NCBI RefSeq assembly: GCF_009914755.1
Contig: NC_060948.1
Source: the human T2T-CHM13v2.0 reference genome, Homo sapiens
Length of the DNA stretch: 64,000 nucleotides
Direction: 5' to 3' (one strand)
In this document: positions 14,101 to 26,400 of the stretch, piece after piece
How positions within the stretch are numbered: position 1 is the first letter of the stretch
How the letters are laid out: the number at the start of each line of letters is the position of its first letter
Program-made: the position numbers and the translations under genes
The notes under the pieces: generated by a model
What the model was told of the DNA's origin: nothing
Seen by the model: only the letters and a program-made list of their open reading frames with translations
The model's database searches: none

Positions 14101-17100
14101 TTCTCCCACTTCTATCAGGGAGCTGCATGATTCCTGTAGCATGAGAAGGAGACAGCTGTGTCTGGCTCTTACCTGGTAATCTAGGCTCTGTTTCACTGCA
14201 TTTGCAAGTCTTTTCCCATTGTGGAGGGAGTCTTTCATTGGGCTGTTGCTGGATGAACTGACTCACACCACAGATATTTTGGCTGCCAGAGATGTCAGGG
14301 AACAAAAGCAACTTAAGGTAGGCTGACTGCCCCCAGACTGTGGTCATTGTCTCATTGTGAGGGCTGAGGGTGTTTCCACTTTGAAGGAGGCTTTGGGTTC
14401 TTTGACAGAAATCTTTGAAAGCTGCTTGGACAAGTAAACTCATTTGCTCAGAAGAGCCTTAATTTTTCTTTAGTTTCTTGTGGGGTCAACGGTGCCCCTC
14501 AACAGCATTAATGAACACATTTTTTAGGCTTACAATTGCCACAGACATCCTCTGAGACACTGTCCCAACCTCATCTTCCCTCATCTGCACAAGTGAGAGG
14601 TCAGTTCAAGGCTTGAGAACACTGTTACATATTGGAATTGCCTTTGCCGTGATTCCTGCCTTTCCAAGAGAGCACCTGCAAGGCCCAGGATGAAGGAGGC
14701 AGTGAGGTCAAGAGCCCACCACCTTTCACTGACACCTGCCTCCTGGATCTCAGATATGATTTCATCACCCAAAGACTCCTCAACAACTCATCAGACTATA
14801 TTCCAATACCCATGGGACTTGATTTCTGTACACAGCCTCTTTCATCAATGGAGTCAGAAGAGCAGTTTCCAGTGATCACCTCACTGTCTCGAAAGGCCTC
14901 CTCCTCCAGAGGGACCCTACAACGGAGACAGCACAAACTAGTGGTGAGGCAGAGATTTTAGGGTCCCACAGTGGATTATCACAGGGAGCTTTTTTCTATA
15001 TACTAGGACGGCTTTACCTGTAAAATTTTTCTCTGTTTATGCAGGCTGACATCTCTGAGAGCAAGTTGCACCAGGCTGTCTCACAAATGGGCACGAGCTA
15101 GTGTCAGGGGACCAGGCCTAAGTTGTGAATTATGGCTAGCATCACAATCAATGCCACCATTGCACAGTGACAGGTCCCTGTGGCTTGGCAAAAAAAGGAA
15201 ACATTCTTGGAGGGGCATTGGCGGTAGACTCTCACGTGTCTTCTCTGTGGTATCCAAGGGATAGTCCTCTGATCCTAGGAGAGAGAAGACATAAGCCATC
15301 CTGAAGAAATGTCAAGCAGAGCCCCAGAAATAAACCACAAAAGGATCCAAAACAATGTAAAGGAAGTCTCAGGCCTGCCTAGACGTTGTAGGAGTGTGTC
15401 TTTTGGAATCTTTCCCCATTGTGATTTCTATGTACAGCCAACCTTTGTTATCTGGGGTTGCTCTCTCCCAGGTGGGGTTTCCTGAACAACTATGGAGCCT
15501 CAGAGACTGATGGGCTGTGTATTTCTGTGGGAGTGTTGCATGTGTTTGATGTCTGCCTATGTGTGTGGCATTGTGTTTGTGTGTTTGTGCATGTGCCTGT
15601 AACTGGAGTGTGCTTAAAGGAATGTGGCTAATGCATTTCCGGGCTTCTTCGTCCTTCTTCTCTTCTTCTTTTTTTTTTTTCTCAGTCTCCCAACCTTTCA
15701 GCGGCTTGTCTTTGTGGCTTTGCTTGGGCTTTTGGCTCCTTCTTCTTTATATGTTGTGGATCATCAATCTGCAGTAAATTAGGAGGCTAACTGAGAAACT
15801 CTGGGGTCCAAATAGCCTCCCCCTGCAACAAAAGCCAATCTTTTAGAAAGAAGAAGTGCACACCACACCAAAGAACAGACATCTCCCAGTGTAAACCGTG
15901 GAAGAAATACTAGCAGTTTTGCCCACAGGGCCCCTTGAATTTACCTCTAATTGGGTTCCCAGCTGAGCAGTTGCTTCATGTCATGAGGGAACACTCCTCC
16001 ATCATCTTCAGATGTCATTCTGAGACAGAGAGTGTGAGCAGCCAGAAGGTTACCTAGTGGTGAGGATACAATCTGGTGAGAGGTGGATGGGGTTCTGCAC
16101 CTTCACCTGTAAAAAATGTGAAGACAGATGACACAGAAGTTGCTTCCAACTGCATTCCAGCATTCTCTTAATTGCACAACCAGTCCACACCACGGCCTGG
16201 TATTCAGGTAGGAGTACTCCAACGTGCAGGGAACATTAAGAATGCAAACTGTGGCCAACCTGGTAAAATCTATTTTTGATGGCTTTCATACCATGAGCCA
16301 AATGGAAATGGGATCGATTGATTCTGGGTAAGATGTAGCCTCATCACTTGTGTCTTCTTTTCCTGATTTCCATGCTCTTCGAAGGCCTAGCATTTCCTGA
16401 GTCTGGCTCAATGTCTTGCACACTAAACGTTTCCAGGTTCATGGAAGATGATCCTCCTGTTAATCCATTGTGTGAGTGTTTCCTTCCCAAGACTGTCACA
16501 GTTTAATGACTCAGCAGCTGTGGTACTTTTAAAACCTTAAATTCCCAATGCACCAGCCAACAAGGAAACTCTCGATTTCCCACTGCTATGAGTGGGAGGC
16601 ATGATTCTTGTAGGAAGAGAAGCAGGTAGCCATGTCTGACTTTTGCCTTTTAATCTAAGATTGGTTTCACTGGATCTGTATGGCCTTTCTCATTGTGGAG
16701 GGTGTCTTTCATTGGACTGTTGTTGGATGGAATGGCCTCTCTCCACAGATCTATTGGCTGCCAGGGATTTCAGGGAGAAAAAAGGGACTGGGGGTAGGCT
16801 AGCTGTGTTCCAGGTTATGGTTCTTGGCCTCTTTGTGGGGGCTGAAATTGTTTGCACTTTGCAGGAGACGTTGGTTTCTCTGGCAGGAACATTTGAACGT
16901 TGCTTGGACTCCTGCACAAGCCAGCTCATTCACTCTGGTGAGTCTTGACTTTTCTTTGGTTTCATGGCGGGTCCACAGTACCCCTCAACCATGCAAATGG
17001 ACAAAATTTTCGGGCTTGCAGTCACCACATACGGCCTCTGAGACACTCTCTCAACCTCATCTGTACCTGTAAGAGGCCAGTTTGACATGTAAGAACACTG

Positions 17101-20100
17101 CTTCAAACTGCACTTGACGTTGTCATGGTTCATGCCTTTCCCAGAGAGCACCAGAGATATCCAGGATAAAGGGAGGCAGTGAAGTCAAGGGCCTGGTCGT
17201 CTTTTGCAGACACCCACCTCTGGGGTCTCAGGTAAGATTCCATCACCCAAAGACCCAACAACAACCACCAGACTATATTCCGATACCCATGGAACTCCAT
17301 TCCTGCACACAGCCTCTTTCAGGTATGGAGGCAGAACAGGAGTTTCCAGAGACCACCTCAAAGTCTGGAAATGCCTCCTCCTCCAGAGAAGCCCGACTAC
17401 GAAGACGGCCCAAATGGGCCGTAAGGTCGTGATTTTAGAATCCCACAGTGGGTTATCACAGGAAGTGTTTTTCCCAGGCCAGATCTGCCTGTAGTTTTTT
17501 TTTTGTTTTTTTTTTTAAGGCAGGATAACATTTCTGACTGCTAGATATACCTGCCTGCATCACTAATGGGCAGGCACTAATATCAGGTCACCAGGTATGA
17601 GCTGAGCTGTGAAATATAGCTAGCATCATAATCACTGCTGCCACTGCCTAGTGACAAGTCCCTGCAGCTTGGCTGAAAATAAGTCATCGTGAAGGTGTGT
17701 CAGAGATTGACTGTGCCTCTCTCCTCTGTGGGATCCAGGGGATAGTCCCATGATCCTAGGAGAGGGCAGACGTGAGCCAGCCTGAAGAAATGTCATCAGA
17801 GTCCCAGAATAAACTGCAAAATCCCTGAGGTTCCAAAAAATCTGCAGGATGTTTCAGGCCTGCCTAGACATTTTAGAGGTTAGTCTTTTTGAATCTTACC
17901 CCACTGTGATTTATCGGCAAAACCTGCCTGTTTTCCTTGTGGTTGCTTTCTCCCAGGTGGGGCTTCCTGCAGAAGCATGCAACCCAAAAGTTGTCAGGTT
18001 GGGTGTTTCTCTGAGAGTGTTCCGTGTGTTTGATGTCTGTGTGAGTGTGTGGCTTTGGGTGTTTGTGTGTGTGTGTGTCTGTAAGTGGAGTCTGCTTAAA
18101 GAAATGCAGCTAACACACTGCAGTGCTGCTTTTTTTCTTCTTCTTCTTCTTTCTATTTTTTCCTTTTCAGTCTCTCAACTTTTTGGTGACCTATCAGTGT
18201 AGCTCTGCTAGGGCTGTGGAGCTCTGTGTTTATTATTTTTCTCTGGATCATGGATTTGCAGTTAATTTGGAGGTTGGCTGAGACCCCCCAAAGTCCAAAT
18301 CACCTCACACTGCAAAAACAGCCACTGTTCTAGAAAAAAAGAGAAGTACATAACACCCAAGAACAGACATCTCCCAGTGTTTCATTGTCCTGTGGCCAAC
18401 CCAGGGAGAGACACTAGCAGTCCTGTCTGCAGATACCCTTGAATTTACCTTGAATTTGGTTCACAGCATGCTTTACCTTATGAGGAGACACTTCTCCACC
18501 ATCTTGGGATTTCACTCTGGCTCAGAGAGTGTGAGCAGTGATTAGGGCAGATAGGGGTGAGGGTACAATCTGGTGAGGTGTGGATGGGTCCCAGCACCTT
18601 CACCAGAAAAAAAGGGGAAGATAGATTACAGAGAAGGTTCTTTCAAATGCATCCCTGTATTACCTTATTATGACTAGCAGTCCTCACAAAGGCCTGGTGT
18701 TCAGGTGGGAGTATTCTAATGTGCAGGGAAATCTTGGAGTGCAAACTGAGGCCATAATGGCAAACTCCCAATTTGAGAGCTGTCATACCCAGATCCAAAT
18801 GGGAGTGCTATTGATAGATGCTGGGTGGGATGTGGCCTCCACACTTGACTCTTCTTTTCCTTACTTCCATGTTCCTCATTGGCCTAGGGTTTCCTGGGTC
18901 TTGCTTAATGTCTTCCACACTAAACATCTCCCACTTTATGAAGGATGACCCTCATAGAAATTTATTACTTGAGTGTTTTCTTCAAAACACTGTCATGTTT
19001 TAACGACTGGGCAACTGTGATACTCTTAAAAATGTAAATTCCCAATACAGCTTCTGACAAGGAAACTCTTGTTGTCCCACTTCTAGCAGAGGTCTTCATG
19101 ATACCTGTAGGATGAGAAGAAGGCAGCTGTGTCTGAATTTTTCCTGTAATCTGGCCTCTGTTTCATTTCATCTCTACTGCTTTCTCATTCTGGAGGTGTT
19201 CTTTCATTGGTCTGTTGCTGGATGGGACTGCTTCTCACCATAGATTATTTTGCTGCCAAGGATTTAAAAGAGCAAAAGGGACTTCAGGTAGCCTGGCTGT
19301 GCTCCAGGTTTTGGGTCATTGTGTCCTTGTGGGGGCTGAGGTTGTTTGCACTGTGCAGGAGGCTTTTCATCCTCTGACAGGAATCATGAAATATTGCTTG
19401 GACTCCAGGGTAAGGCAGGTCCTTCTCCAAGGCAAGCCTTGATTTTTTTTTTCTTTTATGTGGAATCCACAGCGTGACTCTTCAACTCTACTGGACACCT
19501 TTTTCAGACTTCTGTTTGCCACAGACAGCCTCTGAAAAACTGTCTCAACATCATCTGCACACATGACAGGCCAGTCCTAAGGGTGAAAACACAGCTCCAC
19601 CTTGGACTTTCCTTTATTATGGTTCCTTTTCTATTCCAGAGAGTCTCTGTGGGGCCCAAGATAAGGAAAACAGTAAGGTCTAGAGCCCAGCCATCTTTTT
19701 CTTGCACCTGACTCTGGGGTCTCAGCTATGATTCTCTCATGCAAAGAACACTCAACAGCACACCAGACAATATTCCAATCCCCATGTGGCCCGAATCTTG
19801 CACACAGCCTCTTTTAGGAATGGAGTCAGAAGAGCAGCTTCCAGTGACCACCTCAGTCTCAAAATGCCTCCTTCTCCAGCCTGACCCAACCACAGAGGTG
19901 GCCCGAAGGGACCCTGAGGTTGAGACTTTTAGGGCCGTGCAGTGGGTTTTCCCAAGCAGCCTTTTTCCTGATACCAGGCTGATTCTGCATGTACCATTTT
20001 CCTCTGCTTAGGCAGGCTGACAGTTCTGACAGCCAGCGCTTGAGTCTACCCATTAAGGGGCATGCCCTAGTCTCAGGGAAACACACTTGAGTGTGAACTC

Positions 20101-21183
20101 TGGTTAGCTTCACAGTAAAAGTCACCGTTGCCTAGTGACAACTCCCAGAAGCTTGACAGAGAAGGAAATCTTCCATGGAGATGTGTTGGTGGTGGATTCT
20201 CACCTGTATTTTCTGTGGGATCCACGGGATAGTCCCATGATGCTAGGAGAGTGCAGATGTGAGCCAGCCTGAAGAAACATAAATCACAGCCCCAGGGATA
20301 AACCACAAAATCCCTACACATCCAAAAGCATCTGCAGGATTCCTCAGGCCTGCCTAGATGTTGTAGCCGTGAGTCTTTTTGAAACTTGCCCCATTGTGAT
20401 TTCTAGGTACATTTTGCCTGTGTTCTCCAGGGTTGATCTCTCCCATGTGGGGCTTGCTGCAGAAACATGCATCCTCAGGAGATGCCAGCTGTGTTTTTCT
20501 GTGAGAGTATTGTGAGTGATGGATTCCTGTGAGTTGTGGCATTTTGTGTGTGTGTGTGAATATATTTATGTGCCTCTATGTGAAGTCTGCTTAAAGGAAT
20601 GTGGCTAATGCACTTCAGGGTTTTCTTTCTTATTATTTTTTTTAATCTCTCAACCATGTTTTGGCCTGTCTGTGTGGTTCAGCTTGGGCTACATGGCTTT
20701 GTGTTCTCTATTTTTCTGTGAATCATTAATTTGTGGTGAATACATAAACGGACCAGGCCCACCCAGTGTGAGTGTGAGCAGCAATAAGGTAAGATAGGGG
20801 TGAGAATATGATCTGGGGGTGGTGGATGGGTTCATGAAAGTTCATCTTTAAATGATATGAAGACTGATGACACAGAATGTGTTTTCAACTGCATCACTGC
20901 CTTCCCTTAATTGTAAAACAGTACACACCATGGCCTGATGTTTTGGTGGGAGTACTCCAAAGTGCAAGGAATATTTGGAGTGCAAATTGGGGCCAGCCTG
21001 GCAAGCTCCCAATTGGAGGGCTTTCATACCTGGAGCCAAATGAAAGTGGAATAGATTTATGCTAGGTGGGATGTGGCCTCCACTCTTATCTCTTCATTTC
21101 TTGACTTCCATCTCCTTTGTCAGCCTAGGGTTTCCTGGGTCTGGCTCAACAACTTCCACACTAATCGTTTCCCAGTTTGCTGA

Positions 21184-21564
<381 letters not shown>

Positions 21565-22890
21565 GCTTTTATCTTTTTAAAATGATAAATTCCCGTTACA
21601 GCTGCCAACAAGGAAACTAAATTATTCTCTCACTTCTTTTGGAGCGCTGCATGCTTTCTGTAGGATGACAAGCAGGCAGCCATGTCTTGCTTCTATCTGG
21701 TAATCTAGCCTCTGTTTCATTTCATCTCTATGGACTTTTCATTTTTGATAGTCTCTTTCATTGTGCTGCTGCTCAATGGGACAACATAAGTTGTTTTTTA
21801 TATAATAATAATTTGTGGCCTCTTGCCACAATTTAGCTGCCATCAATTTCAGAGAGCAAAAAGACTTCAGCTATGGTGGCTGCACTCCAAGTTCTGGTTT
21901 GTTGACATGTTGTGAGGGGTTGAGGTGATTTGCACTTTGCAGGACACTTTTGGCTCCTCTGACAGGAATCATTGAACATTGCTTAGACTCCAGCACAACA
22001 CAGCTCATTCCCTCAGGTTAGTGTTGATCTTCCTTTTCCTTCATGGGAAATCCGCAGTGCTCCTCCACAGCACTGCGGGACATATTTTCAGGCTTGCCAT
22101 CGCCACAGACAGCCTCTGACACATTGTCTCCACATCATCTGCAGTAGTGGGAGGCCAGTACGAGGTGTGAGAACACTGCTTCACCTTGGTCTTGCCATTG
22201 TTGTGGTTCTTGCCTGTCCCAGAGGCCACTGCGAGGCCCAGGATGAAGGGAGGCAGTGAGAACAAGAGCCTGGCTACCTTTCAATGACTCCCACCTCTGG
22301 GTTTTCAGGTATTATTCTATCAATCACAGAACCCTGAAAAACACACCAGACTACATTCCAATCCACAAAGGACCCTATACTTGTACATAGCCTCTTTTGG
22401 GAATGGAGTCAGAAGGGTAGTTTCTAGCGACCACCTCACAGTCTCAAAACACGTCCTCATCCAGTGGGAGCAGACCACAAAGACTGCGAAAAGTGACTCT
22501 AATTTTGAGACTTTTAACGTCCTACTGTGGGTTTTTGCTGTCAGCCTTTTTCCCAATACCAGGCCGGCTCTGTCAATACCATTTTTCTCTGCTTAGGCCG
22601 GCTAACAGCTCTGACAATTGGGCGCTGGAGCATGCCTCACAAATGCTCATGCACTAGTCTCAAAGCATCAGGCCTGATTGTGAGCTCTGGCTAGTGTAAC
22701 AATGAATGTCACCATGGCATAATGACAAGTCCCTGTGGCTTGGCGGTGAAGGAGATAACCGTGGAAATGTGTTGGCAGTGGACTCCCATCTGTCTTCTCT
22801 GTGGGATCTGTGGGATTATCTCATGATCCTTCGGGAGGACAGGCATAATCCAGACCTAAGGAACATCATGAAGAAACCCAGTAATAAACT

Positions 22891-22891
22891 A

Positions 22892-22930
<39 letters not shown>

Positions 22931-23463
22931 TATATTATATATAATATAAAATATATATATTATATATATTATATATATAATATAATGTATAATATATATT
23001 ATATATTATATATTATATATAATATATAATATATATATTATATATTATATATAATATATATTATATATATTATATTATATAATATATAATATATATTATA
23101 ATATATAATATATAATATATATTATAATATATAATATATAATATATATTATAATATATAATATATAATATATATTATAATATATAATATATAATATATAT
23201 TATAATATATAATATATAATATATATTATAATATATAATATATAATATATATTATAATATATATTATAATATATATAATATATAATAATATATATAATAT
23301 ATAATATATATTATAATATATATTATAATATATATAATATATATTATATATATTATAATATATATAATATATAATATAATATATTAATTATATATATTAA
23401 TATATATTATAATATATAAATATATATTATATATATATTATATATTTTTATATATATATTATT
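22891..23463. repeat. ~570-bp (TA)-rich low-complexity expansion containing a 26-bp minisatellite
   Basis: After a short (TG)n seed the tract is almost entirely A/T. It holds six tandem copies of attataatatataatatataatatat at 23095-23250. Confidence 0.95.
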
Positions 23464-26400
23464 TCAAAGCATTCTGCAGGATTCTTCAGGGTAGCCTACA
23501 GGTTGTAAGTGTTAGTCTTTTAAAAACATGCCCCACTGTTATTTCTAGATACAGCCTGCATTTTTTTCTTTCGGGTTGATCTGTCCCAGGTGGGACTTTC
23601 TGCAGAACCACACAGCCTCAAAAATTGTCAGGCTGTGTGTTTCTGTGGGATTTTTGTGAGTGCTGAATTTCTGCATGTGTGTGTGGATTTGTCTGATTGT
23701 GTGTTTTGTGTGCATGCACCTGTAAATGGAGTCTGCTTAAAGGAATGTGGCTATGCACTTCAGTGCTTCTTTTTTTTTTTGGAGTCTCCCAACCTTTTTG
23801 GGACCTGTCTGTATTACTCTGTTTATGCTGTGTGGTTCTATGTTCTTTATTTTTTGGTGAATCATGGATCTGCAGTAAATTTAGAGGTGGTTCAAGACAC
23901 TCCAGTGTCCAAATCACCTTCCTCTGTTAAAAAAAAAAAAAAACCACTGTCATAGAAAGAAGTGGAGACACCAAATTCAAGAACAGACATCTCCCAGTGT
24001 TTCATTGTCCTGCCAACCCAGAGAGAGACACTAGCACTGCTGTCCACAGGGCTCCTTGAATTTACCTCTAATTCCGTTCCCAGTTGAGCAGATGCTTCAT
24101 ATCATGAGGGGGCACTAGCCCATCCCCTTGGGTTTTCATTCTGGGTCATAGAGTGTGAGTAACAATAGGGACAGATGGGGTGAGAATATAAACTGGTGAA
24201 AGGTGAAGGGGGTCCTGCAGTTTCACCTGCAAAAAAAATGAAGACAGATGACACAGAAGTTGCTTCTAACACCATCCCCACATTCCCTTAATTACACAAG
24301 GAATCCATACTATGGCCCGGTTTTCAAATGGGAGTACTCCAATGTGGGGGAAACATTATGACTGAAAATTAGGGCTAACCTGGCAAACTCCCGATTTGAG
24401 AGCTTTTTTACCCTTAACAAAATGGGTGTGGGATGGATTGATGCTTGGTGGAACATGACCTCCACACTTGCCTCTTCTTTTCCTGACTTCCATATTCTTC
24501 ATCAGCCTAGGGTTTCTGAGGTCTGGCTCAACAATTTCCAAACTAAATATTTCCCGGTTCATGGAGAACAACCCTCATGAGAATTCATTGTGTGAGTGTT
24601 TCTTTCTAAATACTGGCATATTTTAATGACTTTAAAGCTACTTTAAGAGTAGCTTTGATACTTTTAAAATCATAAATTCCCATCACCTCTGCCAACAAGA
24701 AAACTCTTGTTCTCCCACTTCTTTCAGAGGTCTGCATGATTCTGGTAAAATGAGAAGCAGGCAGTTGTTTCTGGCTTTTCCTGGTAATATATCCCCTGTT
24801 ATGTTTCATTTGCATGGCCTTCTCATTGTGGAAAGGCTCTTTCATTGTGCTATTGTTAGATGGGACTGCCTCTCTCCACAGATTATTTAGCTTCCAGAGA
24901 TTTCAGAGAGCAAAAGGGACTTCGAGTAGGCTGGCTGTGGTCCAGGTTGTGGGTCATTTTCTTGTTGTGGGTTCTGAGGTTGTCTGTACTTTGCAGAAGG
25001 CTTTTGGGTTTTCTGACAGGAATCATTGAACATTGCTTTGAATCTAGCACAAGGCAGTTTTTTCTCTCAGGTGAGCCTTGATTTTTCTTTGCTTTTATGG
25101 GGGAATCCACATTGTCCCCCAACAGCACTACTGGACACCCTTTTAAGGCTTTCCCTTGCCTCAGACGGCCTCTGAGACACTGTTTTAACGTCATATGCAA
25201 CTGTGAGAGGCCAGTCCAAGGTGTGGGAACACTGCTCCACCTTGGATTTACCTTTGCCATGATACTTGCCCTTTCCAGAGAGCCCCTGTGAGGCCCAGGA
25301 TGAAAAGACACAATGAGGTCAAGAGCCTGGATATCTTTCACTGACACCCACATCTGGGTTCTCAAGTATGATTCCATCACCCAGAGACCCCTCAACAACT
25401 TACCAGAATACATTCCATTCCCTAATGGACCCAATTCCTGCACCCAACCTCTTTCAGGAATGGAGTCAGAAAAGCAGTTTCCAGCGACCAACTCAGTCTC
25501 AAAATGCCTCTTCCTGCAGCAGGACACGACTACAGGGATGGCCTGAAGGGGCCCTGATGTCTAAAATTTTAAGGTCCCACAGTGGGTTATCACAGGCAGC
25601 CTTTTTCCAGATACCCAGACGGTTCTGCTTCTACCACTTTCCTCTGCTTAGGCAGGCAGAAAGAACTGAGACCTGGGTGCCCAAACCTGTCTCATAAATG
25701 TGCATGTGCCAGTCTCAGCACACCAGGCCTGAGCTGTGAGCTATAGCCAGCATCACCTTGCATGCCACTATTGCCTAGCGACAAGTCCCTGTAGCTTGTT
25801 TGAGAAGACCTCCGTGGAGGTGAGTCAGCAGTGGACTGTCACCTGTCCTCTCTGTGGAATTCATGGGATAGTCCCATAATCCTAGGACAGAACAGAAGTG
25901 AAACAGCCTGAAGAAACAGTAAGCAGGGACTAAGGAATAAACAGCAAAACCCTAAAGATCCAAATGGATTTAAAGGATACCTCAGGCCAGCCTAGACATT
26001 GTACATGTGAGTCTTTTTGAAACTTGCCTTAGTGTGATTTCTAAGTACATCTCGCTTCTGTTACCCTGAGTTGCTCTCTCTTAGGTGAAGTTTCCTGCTG
26101 AACCAAGCAGCCTCAGGAGCTGCCAGGCTGTGTGTTTTAGTGGGAGTGTTGCGAGTGTTGTATGTCTGTGTGTGTTTGGCATGGTGTGCATATTTGTGCC
26201 TGTAAGGTGAGTGCCTGTAAGGTGAGTGCATGTAAAGAAAGGTGAATAACACACTTCAGCACTTTGTTTTGGGTCTCCCAACCTTGTGGCATCTATGTGG
26301 CTCTGCTTGGGTTCCGGGACTACACGTTCTTTATTTTTCTGTGGATCCTGAATCCACAGTGAATTCAGAAGCGGTCTCAGACATGTTGACATTCAAATCA

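Noticed and set aside
24883-25527. 214-aa minus-strand ORF
   Set aside because: It lies wholly in a repeat monomer, homologous positions in other units are interrupted, and it has no recognisable domain.
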